Source: Solirubrobacteraceae bacterium (GTDB lineage: Bacteria > Actinomycetota > Thermoleophilia > Solirubrobacterales > Solirubrobacteraceae). From it: 64,000 nucleotides of DNA. Shown here one piece after another: positions 9,603-17,062 of the stretch (position 1 is the first letter of the stretch; each line of letters opens with the position of its first letter). Position numbers and translations under genes: made by a program. Location of the stretch: the NCBI GenBank assembly GCA_036379935.1, contig DASVFT010000166.1:3683-67682 (forward strand), written 5' to 3'. The notes under the pieces are model-generated. The model was not told where the DNA came from. It searched no databases and saw only the letters and a program-made list of their open reading frames with translations.

Positions 9603-9764
9603 ATGGCATCCCAGCGCAGGCGCCAGATCGAGTTCCCGCCGCTTCAGACGCACAAGAAGAGCTTCGAGCTTGCGATGATCGCCATCTCGATCATCTGCGT
9701 GATCGTCGTCCTCGTGATCCTCCTCGCCACCAATATTGGCAACGAGTTCCGTCCGACCGTCTAG
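9603..9764 (+). CDS. 53-aa single-TM protein
   Basis: Read from the sequence: MASQRRRQIEFPPLQTHKKSFELAMIAISIICVIVVLVILLATNIGNEFRPTV. A purine-rich SD (GAGAGGAAGAGAG) lies upstream. Confidence 0.45.
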   Translation: MASQRRRQIEFPPLQTHKKSFELAMIAISIICVIVVLVILLATNIGNEFRPTV

Positions 9765-10113
9765 CGCCCAGGCCCACGCCGGGCGCCCGACGTGGGTTCG
9801 GCCCGCCATCCTCGTCGTGGGCCTCTTCGCGATCTGCCTCGTGGTCGCCAGCAGCTGCCAGCGCCGCCAGGTCCGGATCACCAAGGAGGCGGCCATCGTC
9901 ACCGCCACGCGGGCGGCCGACTTCCGTCCGCAGCGCACGCAGGTGCGGCTCGTGCGCCAGGGCCTCAATGGCCATCCGTTCTGGGCCATCTCGCTCTCCA
10001 TCCCGCGCAAGGGGGGCAACGGCTACCAGCGCGTGTCCGTCGCCCGGGTCGACGCCAACAGCGGCAAGCTCGTGGCCTTCACCGAAAACGCAAGCACGGA
10101 AGGAGCGCCATGA
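9736..10113 (+). CDS. membrane-anchored PepSY-like protein
   Basis: 125 aa from a TTG start, with TM PAILVVGLFAICLVVASS. This is followed by ITKEAAIVTATRAA...GHPFWAISL...VARVDANSGKLVAF, which resembles a PepSY fold. The stop overlaps the GS-like ATG (ATGA). The start codon is uncertain. Confidence 0.45.
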   Translation: MATSSVRPSSAQAHAGRPTWVRPAILVVGLFAICLVVASSCQRRQVRITKEAAIVTATRAADFRPQRTQVRLVRQGLNGHPFWAISLSIPRKGGNGYQRVSVARVDANSGKLVAFTENASTEGAP

Positions 10114-11501
10114 GCGCAGCACAGGGAAGCGAGCCGCTCGTCGCTCCGCAGACGGCGGATGAGGTCCGCAAGCTCGCGCGCGACGGCGAGATCGAGTTCC
10201 TCTTCGCGCAGTTCGTCGATATGCACGGCAAGCCGAACGCCAAGCTCGTTCCGGCGCACCATCTGGACGACCTGCTCGCCGATGGCGCGGGCTTCGCGGG
10301 CTTCGCGGCCGGAGACATCGGCCAGGGCCCGCACGACCCCGATCTCATCGCCATGCCCGACGTGCGCAGCTACACGCCGCTGCCCTGGCGGCCCGGAGTC
10401 GCCCGCTTCGCGTGCGACGTCACAGTGGAGGGCGAGGAATGGCCGTACTGCCCGCGGACGATCCTGCGCCACCAGCTCGAGCGGGCCGCGGCCTTGGGCT
10501 ACGAGTTCCGCATCGGGGCCGAGCTCGAATACTTCCTCGTGCGCCGGCGCGAGGACGGCTCACTCGAGCTCGCCGATCGCTTCGACACGCTGGAGCAGCC
10601 TTGCTACGACATGCGCGGCCTGACGCGCAACCTCGACTTCGTCTCCGCGGTCTCGCGCAACATCACGGCGCTGGGCTGGGACAACTACGCGACCGACCAC
10701 GAGGACGCCAACGGGCAGTTCGAGCAGAACTTCGAGTTCGACGACGCGCTCGTCACCTGCGATCGCGCCGTCTTCTTCCGCTACATGGTCGAGGCCATGG
10801 CCCAGGAGCGCGGCATGCTCGCGACGTTCATGCCCAAGCCGTTCGCCCACCTCACCGGCAACGGCTGTCACTTCCACATGAGCCTCTGGAAGGACGGCGC
10901 GAACGTCTTCGAGGCCGATCCGGCCGACGACCCCCGTGGCCTGGGGCTCTCCGAGCTCGGCTACCAGTTCGTCGCCGGCCTGAAGGCCCACGCCAAGGCC
11001 TACATCGCGGTGACCGCGCCGACCGTGAGCTCCTACAAGCGCCTGGTGGTGGGCGCCCCGACGAGCGGCGCGACCTGGGCGCCGGCCTACGGCCGCTACG
11101 GCTACAACAACCGCACGCAGATGCTCCGCATCCCCGGTCCTGGCCGCATCGAGGACCGCACGGTCGACGGATCATGCAACCCGTACCTGGCCGCCACGGC
11201 GGTGCTGGCGGCCGGGCTGGACGGCATCGAGCGCGGGCTGGACCCGGGGGACCCCAACTCGCTGAACCTCTACGAGACCGACGAGGCCCAGCGCAAGGAG
11301 CTCGGCATCGACGTGCTGCCGGCCAACCTGCTCGACGCGACCCGCGAGCTCGAGCGCTGCGACGTCCTGCGAGCCGCGCTCGGCCGGGGGCGCGACGAGG
11401 ACTACCTCGACTACTTCGTGCGCTGCAAGCGGCGCGAGTGGCAGCAGGCCCACGAGCAGATCACGCAATGGGAGCTGGACCGGTACCTGCAGCTGTTCTG
11501 A
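10110..11501 (+). CDS. glutamine synthetase family protein (gamma-glutamyl-amine ligase candidate: GmaS/PuuA/GlnA3-like)
   Basis: 463 aa from the ATG at 10110 (SD GGAAGGAG). Motifs: ELEYFL, TFMPKPFAHLTGNGCHFHMSLW, NRTQMLRIP, EDRTVDGSCNPYL. Confidence 0.9.
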   Translation: MSAAQGSEPLVAPQTADEVRKLARDGEIEFLFAQFVDMHGKPNAKLVPAHHLDDLLADGAGFAGFAAGDIGQGPHDPDLIAMPDVRSYTPLPWRPGVARFACDVTVEGEEWPYCPRTILRHQLERAAALGYEFRIGAELEYFLVRRREDGSLELADRFDTLEQPCYDMRGLTRNLDFVSAVSRNITALGWDNYATDHEDANGQFEQNFEFDDALVTCDRAVFFRYMVEAMAQERGMLATFMPKPFAHLTGNGCHFHMSLWKDGANVFEADPADDPRGLGLSELGYQFVAGLKAHAKAYIAVTAPTVSSYKRLVVGAPTSGATWAPAYGRYGYNNRTQMLRIPGPGRIEDRTVDGSCNPYLAATAVLAAGLDGIERGLDPGDPNSLNLYETDEAQRKELGIDVLPANLLDATRELERCDVLRAALGRGRDEDYLDYFVRCKRREWQQAHEQITQWELDRYLQLF

Positions 11502-12340
11502 GCGACGAGCAGGTCGAGGCCTTCCACCGCGACGGCTTCCTCGTCATCGAGGAGGGCTTCATCTCCGACCGCACGATCGAGGCGCTGCGCGAGCGCTTCG
11601 ACCGGTTGTTCGCGGGCGAGTACGCCTCCGGCATCCAGCCCGACGAGGTCAACTGGAGACCAGGCCGCGATCCCGAGGACAGGACGCGGCAGATCTGCAA
11701 CGGCTGGCGGGCGGACGACATGATCGCCGCACAGGTGCTCAGCGAGCCGACGGGGCGCATCGCCGCCCGACTGATGGGCTACGGCGGCGCTCGCATCCTG
11801 CAGGACAACTGCCTCTGGAAGCCGCCCGGCGCGCGCTCGCTCGGCATGCACCAGGACGGCTCCTACGCCGACTACCTGGTCCCGGCGGAGATGATCACCT
11901 GCTGGGTGGCGCTGGACGACACCCGCGCCGAGGGCGGGACGATCGAGTACGCGCGCGGCTCGCACCGCTGGCCCAAGGTCCCACCCGACCGCGGGAGCTT
12001 CCACGCCCCGGACGACTGGCTGGCGCCGCTGCACGCCGCCGCGCCCGAGGGTGAGGAGCCCGAGGTGGTGCCGGTCGTGGTCAAGGCCGGCGGCTGCTCG
12101 TTCCACCACTCGCTCACCTTCCACGGCTCCGGCCCCAACGAGGCGACCACGCACCGGCGCGCGATCGTCTCGCACCTGCTGCCGGCTCAGGCGCGCTTCC
12201 ACCCGACGAACGTCGACCCGATCTACTCGCGCTACCGGCGCCGCGGCGACCTGTCGATGGACGAGTCGTTCTTCCCGGTGCTCTGGGACGAGGCCGGCGG
12301 GCGCACGTCCTGGCTCGACGAGTTGCCCAACCTCTCGTAG
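11468..12340 (+). CDS. phytanoyl-CoA dioxygenase (PhyH) family Fe(II)/2-oxoglutarate oxygenase
   Basis: About 290 aa. It has MHQDGSY (HxD) and TFHGSGPN (distal His), plus LSDEQVEAFHRDGFLVIE at the N-terminus. The only canonical in-frame start is the ATG at 11468, which overlaps the GS-like gene by 34 nt. The start is uncertain. Confidence 0.75.
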   Translation: MGAGPVPAAVLSDEQVEAFHRDGFLVIEEGFISDRTIEALRERFDRLFAGEYASGIQPDEVNWRPGRDPEDRTRQICNGWRADDMIAAQVLSEPTGRIAARLMGYGGARILQDNCLWKPPGARSLGMHQDGSYADYLVPAEMITCWVALDDTRAEGGTIEYARGSHRWPKVPPDRGSFHAPDDWLAPLHAAAPEGEEPEVVPVVVKAGGCSFHHSLTFHGSGPNEATTHRRAIVSHLLPAQARFHPTNVDPIYSRYRRRGDLSMDESFFPVLWDEAGGRTSWLDELPNLS

Positions 12341-12915
12341 CGCCCGCCGTGGAACAGCAGCGGCGTGCCCGGATGCTGGCGCGCGTACTCGACGCGCCCG
12401 AGGAAGAGCGAGTGGTCGCCGCCCCAGTACGAGCGCTCCACACGCGCCACGAAGTGCGCGAGCGCGGCTTCGACCAAGGGCGTGTCGCGCACGAGCTCGA
12501 AGCGCGGCTCCGGAGCTCCGTTCGCCACCCGCCCCGCGAAGCGATCCGAGAGCGCGCTCTGGGTCTCGCTCAGCACGCTGACGCCGTACCGGCTCCCCTC
12601 GTAGAGCAGGCCACACATCTTGGTCCGCCGGTCGACGGACACCAGCACGAGCGGTGGGTCGAGCGACACCGACATGAAGGCGTTGGCCGTCATCCCGTGG
12701 ACCTTCTCGCCCTTGAGCGTCGTGATCACCGTGACGCCGGTGGTGAACATCCCCAGCGTGCGGCGTAGAGCGGCCGCGGGATCGTCGCCCTCGTCGGCGA
12801 GGTCCGGCCGCTGGACCTCGGCGACCTCGTCGAAGCGGGTCTCTCCGATGCCGTCCGGGCCGGCCCAGCTGAGCGGGAAGTCGAACTCCGCGGGCGGGCG
12901 GGCGGCGTCGCTCAT
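12232..12915 (-). CDS. flavin reductase family protein (NAD(P)H:flavin oxidoreductase)
   Basis: 227 aa with FTTGVTVITT...HGMTANAFMSVSLDPPLVLVSV. It starts 1 nt after the stop of the upstream Tdm-like gene. Its low-complexity C-terminal tail is antisense to the PhyH 3' end. Confidence 0.8.
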   Translation of the reverse strand: MSDAARPPAEFDFPLSWAGPDGIGETRFDEVAEVQRPDLADEGDDPAAALRRTLGMFTTGVTVITTLKGEKVHGMTANAFMSVSLDPPLVLVSVDRRTKMCGLLYEGSRYGVSVLSETQSALSDRFAGRVANGAPEPRFELVRDTPLVEAALAHFVARVERSYWGGDHSLFLGRVEYARQHPGTPLLFHGGRYERLGNSSSQDVRPPASSQSTGKNDSSIDRSPRRR

Positions 12916-12916
12916 G

Positions 12917-15244
12917 TCATGCGCGCGGGCGGGTCTTGTCCGGGTCGTAGAACGGGAAGCGGACGACCTTGGCCGCGATGCGCTTCTGGAGCCCGTCGAG
13001 CTTGCCCACCTCGACCTCCGTGCCCAGCTCCGCGTACTGCACGGCCATGCGGCACAGCGCGACGTTCTTGCGCAGCGTCGGGCTGCGGGTGCCGCTGGTG
13101 ACGACGCCCACGCGCTGGCGGCCCACGTAGACCTCGTCGCCGTGGCCGGCGGTCTCGTTGCCCTCGAGATCGAGACCGACGAGCCGGTGCTGGGGGTGCG
13201 CCGCGCGCTCGACGAGCGCGTCCTTGCCGACGAAGTCCTCCTCGCCGTCGAGCTTGACCGCGAAGCCGATGCCGGCCTCGAAGGGGTCGACCTGGTCGTC
13301 GAACTCGTACCCGGCGAAGATGAGCCCCGCCTCGATGCGGATCATGTCCAGCGCCTCGAGGCCGAGCGGCTTGAGGCCGTGCGGCTGGCCCGCCTCCCAG
13401 ATGGCGTCCCACACGGCCGGGCCGTCGTCGGGGTGGCAGAACACCTCGTAGCCGAGCTCGCCCGTGTAGCCGGTGCGCGAGACCACGACGGGGACGCCGT
13501 CGTAGCCCCCGATGCGCCCGACGAGGAAGCGGAACCACTTCAGCTCGTCGAGCGGGGGCTGCGTCGGGGGCGTCCAGATGATCTGCTGCATGATCGCGCG
13601 GCTCTCGGGCCCCTGGACCGCGAGGTTGTGCAGCTGATCGGTCGAGGGCTTGACGAAGGCCTTCAGCGCGAGGCGCTCGGCCAGCTCCTTGAGCCAGACG
13701 CCGTCGTAGGGGTCGCCGCCGACGAAGCGGAAGTTGTCCTCGCCGAGGCGGAAGACGGTGGCGTCGTCGATCATCCCTCCGGTCTCGTTGCACAATGCCG
13801 TGTAGACCACGTGGCCGACCGCCAGCCGGCGCGCGTCGCGCGTGATCGCGCGCTGGATCAGCGTCTCGGCGTCGGGGCCGAGGACCTCCCACTTGCGCAG
13901 GGGGGAGAGATCCATGACGACCGCCTTCTCGCGGCAGGCCCAGTACTCGGCGATGGCGCCCTCGTTGTTGTAGCAATGGGGCAGCCAGTAGCCGCGGTAC
14001 TCCACGAAGCTCTCGGTCAGCGCGCTCGTGCGCGGATGGAAGGTGGTCTCCTTGGTCAGCACGGGCTCTGCCTCCGGGGTGACGCGATGGGCGATCGCCG
14101 CCGAGAAGCGGTTCTCAGGCGAGTACACGCGCACGTGGACGTCGGTGAGCTCCCAACCGTTGGCCGGGTCGATGTCGTCCGGGCACGCCGACGAGGCGCA
14201 GACCAGGTCGGTCATCGCCCGCAGCAGCACGTAGTCGCCGGGGCGCGACCAGGGCTCGTCGAAGAAGAGGACGTTGCTCGCGTCGAACCCGGTGTTGTAG
14301 AAGAAGTTGAGCGCCTCCCATCCCTTGCGCTCGGCGATGCCGTAGGGCGTGACCTGGCCGTTGAAGTTCGCCGTGCAGTTGATGTGGCCCGGATAGCCCA
14401 TGTCCTCGTAGTACTTCGAGGTGCAGGCCAGCGCGAAGGTGTCGTGACGCCCGACGGTGTCGCGCACGACCTCGACGAGCGGGTCCATGTCGACGTCGTA
14501 GAACTTGCCCTGAAGGCCCGGGCTCGGATAGGCCTGGCCCATCAGCGTGCGGGTCGTGGCGCCGTCGAGGCCGCGCTCGAGCCCCTTCTCGAGCTTGGCG
14601 CGATGGAAGGCCAGGAAGTCCGAGCACTGGCGCCCCTGGACGTCGATGACCTGGATGTACTCGCCCCGGCGCACCTCGTAGGCGAGCGCGCTCGCGAGGT
14701 CGACGCGGAAGTCGAGGCGCGGCTCGGCCAGCGGCGGCGGCAGCTCCACGTCGGTCGCGGGCCGCGGCGCGGCGCGGCGGATCTCGATGACGAGCGCCGA
14801 CGCCGGCGGATCGCCGTCCACCACGCGGCCTCCGGGCGCCGCCACGATGACCAGCGCGTCGCGCTGGGCGAGGAAGGCCTCCGAGGCGCCGGGCGGGCTG
14901 TCGCGGCCGAAGAGCAGCAGCGCCTTCGCGTCATGCGGGGCCAGCCCGCGCGCGTGCAGGACGGCCAGGAAGGCGTCGTCGGCTCCGCTGCGCACGAGCT
15001 CGCGCAGCGCACCGGCCGGCGCGTCGGCGCTGGCACCCAGGGCGCCGGGATCGTGGCGCCCGTCGGGCGCGAGGACGGTCAGCTCGGCCGGCTGCCCGCC
15101 CTCGACGTCGATCACCGTCATGCGGTCGTCGCCGCGCAGCTCGACGACGGTGGCCGAGCCGGGCCTGACCCACCAGGTCTCCAGGCTCGGATCGGCCGGC
15201 CTACGCCCGGCGACGAGCGGTCGACTGCCGGTCTCGATCGCCAT
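12917..15244 (-). CDS. DUF1989 + GcvT aminomethyltransferase fusion protein (TMAO demethylase Tdm-type architecture)
   Basis: 775 aa. The N-terminal ~400 aa hold DUF1989-like segments (VIDVEGGQPAEL; YIQVIDVQGRQCSDFLAF; CTSKYYEDMGYPGHINCTANF; VCASSACPDD). The C-terminal ~370 aa are GcvT-like (VVMDLSPLRKWEVLGPDA, SRTGYTGELGYEVF, IEAGLIFAGYEF). Confidence 0.8.
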   Translation of the reverse strand: MAIETGSRPLVAGRRPADPSLETWWVRPGSATVVELRGDDRMTVIDVEGGQPAELTVLAPDGRHDPGALGASADAPAGALRELVRSGADDAFLAVLHARGLAPHDAKALLLFGRDSPPGASEAFLAQRDALVIVAAPGGRVVDGDPPASALVIEIRRAAPRPATDVELPPPLAEPRLDFRVDLASALAYEVRRGEYIQVIDVQGRQCSDFLAFHRAKLEKGLERGLDGATTRTLMGQAYPSPGLQGKFYDVDMDPLVEVVRDTVGRHDTFALACTSKYYEDMGYPGHINCTANFNGQVTPYGIAERKGWEALNFFYNTGFDASNVLFFDEPWSRPGDYVLLRAMTDLVCASSACPDDIDPANGWELTDVHVRVYSPENRFSAAIAHRVTPEAEPVLTKETTFHPRTSALTESFVEYRGYWLPHCYNNEGAIAEYWACREKAVVMDLSPLRKWEVLGPDAETLIQRAITRDARRLAVGHVVYTALCNETGGMIDDATVFRLGEDNFRFVGGDPYDGVWLKELAERLALKAFVKPSTDQLHNLAVQGPESRAIMQQIIWTPPTQPPLDELKWFRFLVGRIGGYDGVPVVVSRTGYTGELGYEVFCHPDDGPAVWDAIWEAGQPHGLKPLGLEALDMIRIEAGLIFAGYEFDDQVDPFEAGIGFAVKLDGEEDFVGKDALVERAAHPQHRLVGLDLEGNETAGHGDEVYVGRQRVGVVTSGTRSPTLRKNVALCRMAVQYAELGTEVEVGKLDGLQKRIAAKVVRFPFYDPDKTRPRA

Positions 15245-15255
15245 GGGCAGGAAGG

Positions 15256-15454
15256 CTAGATGACTGATTCCGCGGCCCGCGCGGCCAGATGGCCGTGCAC
15301 CGTGGATGCCGGGCGACGCGGGCCGAAGGGGGACAGTGGCAGAGCGGGCACCGACGGCCGGAGGCCGTTGGTCGGTGACCTCTTCGGACCGTGGCGATCC
15401 GGCGCCGCGGGGCGCGGACAGATGGTCGTGGGCGTCGTGGAATCAGTCATCTAG
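15256..15454. repeat. 199-bp imperfect palindrome with 16-bp perfect terminal inverted repeats (possible MITE-like element or long RNA hairpin)
   Basis: CTAGATGACTGATTCC at 15256-15271 is the exact reverse complement of GGAATCAGTCATCTAG at 15439-15454. The interior is partly self-complementary with indels, and the apex lies near 15355-15362. It fills the whole intergenic gap, and the right arm contains the ACAD-fold gene stop codon. Confidence 0.75.
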
Positions 15455-16854
15455 GCCTTTCCGGCGGGCTCGCGCGCCTCGTCCTTGTCCGCCTGGTCGG
15501 CGAGCTGCTTGGCGAGTTCGCGCTTGGCCGCGGCGTCGAGCTTCTTGATCTCGTTCTCGACCACGCGGCGGTTGTACGTCTGGTTCCAGTAGTCGAGCGA
15601 CTCGAAGCCCAGCAGCACCGCCTTGCCGACGAACTGGCGCAGCACCTCGTTGGTCGGGCCCATGACCCAGCCGGCCTTGGCGTCACGCAGGTAGCGCTCG
15701 ATCTCCATGTCGCGCTTGTAGCCCGACCCGCCGCAGGCGTGGAGCATCTTGTCCACCACATGGGCGGTGTTCTTGGCGGCCTCGAACTTGATCTGCCAGG
15801 CCCAGTGCAGGTAATCGGCGCGCGCCGTCTCGCCGGGCTTGAGCTCTCGCCGGTTGTCGTCGGTGGCGCGGTCCATCGCCTGCGCGACCGAGAAGACGAA
15901 CAGGCGCGAGGCGTTGGTGTCCATCACGGCCTCGCCGACGTAGTCCTGGATCGTCGGGTAGTCGGCCACGCGCATGCCGACGTCGACGTGGCGCTTGCGG
16001 GTGGTGTGGCGCTTGGCGATGTCGATCGCGCCCATCGCGATGCCGTTCCACACCGACGAGGAGCCGATGAGGAACCACGGGTCGACGGCCTCGTCGTTGG
16101 AGGCGGCGCCGTCGCCGATCGGCCCGACGATCTGGTCGCCGGGGATCTCGATGTTGTCGACCTCGATCGGGCCCGACTGGTTGCCGCGCAGGCCCAGCGC
16201 GTCCCACAAGGAGGGCTGGGACTTGACGTGCTCGCCGTCGATGACGAAGACGGACAGGTCGTCGTAGCCCTTGAAGTCGGGGCTCGTGGTCTGCACGACG
16301 TAGAAGTCCGCGAAGCCGCCCGACGTGGTCCACGACGCCTTCTTGCGCACCTTGAAGCCGCCGTTGGCGCGCTCGGCGCCCGACGAGAACGGGTACCAGA
16401 AGTGCGAGCCGGTCTCCGGGTCCGAGTACGACAGCGTGCCGATCTTGCACTCGTTGAGGGGGCGGATGTACTTGTCGACGAGCTCTGGCGTCGGGCGCAG
16501 CATGATCGTGGCCACGGCGCCGGTGTGCATGACGTAGCACATGGCCGTCGACGCGCAGCCGTAGCGCGCCAGCGTCTCGCAGGTCATGCAGAAGGCGACG
16601 TGGTTCTCGCCCAGGCCGCCGTACTCCTCGGGCACGATGAGCGACAGGAAGCCGTTCTCGGCCAGGATCTCGAAGTTGCGCCGCGGGAAGAGCAGCTCGT
16701 CATCCGAGCGCTTGGCGTTGGCACGCAGCTCCTGCTCGCAGAGCTCGATGAGCTTCGTCCGCAGCTCCTGCTGGCGTTCCGTGAGGACCCAGTCGGGGTC
16801 CCAGTCGTATCCGAGCCCCCAGAAGGGCTCTCCTCCCCACGCCTTATCCGCCAT
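15451..16854 (-). CDS. acyl-CoA dehydrogenase-fold flavoprotein (possible two-component monooxygenase/oxidase component)
   Basis: 467 aa from the ATG at 16854 (SD GAGGAGAGG). It carries ALGLRGNQSG and ACGGSGYKRDMEIERYLRDAKAG ACAD-type motifs. About 60 aa form a charged C-terminal extension. Confidence 0.8.
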   Translation of the reverse strand: MADKAWGGEPFWGLGYDWDPDWVLTERQQELRTKLIELCEQELRANAKRSDDELLFPRRNFEILAENGFLSLIVPEEYGGLGENHVAFCMTCETLARYGCASTAMCYVMHTGAVATIMLRPTPELVDKYIRPLNECKIGTLSYSDPETGSHFWYPFSSGAERANGGFKVRKKASWTTSGGFADFYVVQTTSPDFKGYDDLSVFVIDGEHVKSQPSLWDALGLRGNQSGPIEVDNIEIPGDQIVGPIGDGAASNDEAVDPWFLIGSSSVWNGIAMGAIDIAKRHTTRKRHVDVGMRVADYPTIQDYVGEAVMDTNASRLFVFSVAQAMDRATDDNRRELKPGETARADYLHWAWQIKFEAAKNTAHVVDKMLHACGGSGYKRDMEIERYLRDAKAGWVMGPTNEVLRQFVGKAVLLGFESLDYWNQTYNRRVVENEIKKLDAAAKRELAKQLADQADKDEAREPAGKA

Positions 16855-16881
16855 CGCCTCTCCTCGGTCGGGGGATCGATC

Positions 16882-16895
16882 GTACAAACTTGTAC
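16882..16895. promoter_or_regulatory. 14-bp palindrome GTACAAACTTGTAC (candidate operator)
   Basis: Read directly. It lies 28 nt upstream of the ACAD-fold ATG, in the divergent 208-bp intergenic region. Confidence 0.35.
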
Positions 16896-17013
16896 AGAGC
16901 AACTTCTACCGCTCCCAGACTCGCCTGTCCATCCCGTGCGAGGTGAACGACGCATGGCACGCCGCCGTTGACGCTGTCCGGGGGGCGTGGTAGAAGACGC
17001 TCTGCCCGGCCGT

Positions 17014-17027
17014 GTACCAATTGGTAC
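17014..17027. promoter_or_regulatory. perfect 14-bp palindrome GTACCAATTGGTAC (candidate operator)
   Basis: Read directly. It lies 36 nt upstream of the APC permease ATG. It shares GTAC ends and symmetry with the site at 16882. Confidence 0.4.
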
Positions 17028-17062
17028 GAGCCTGCTGGGCGTCCCGTCGAGAGCGAGGGCCA

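Noticed and set aside
15256-15454. Twin 64-aa ORFs on opposite strands (MTDS...ESVI), at 15256-15450 and 15260-15454.
   Set aside because: They mirror each other because the DNA is an imperfect palindrome. Their biased composition and lack of SD suggest a by-product of the repeat rather than genes.
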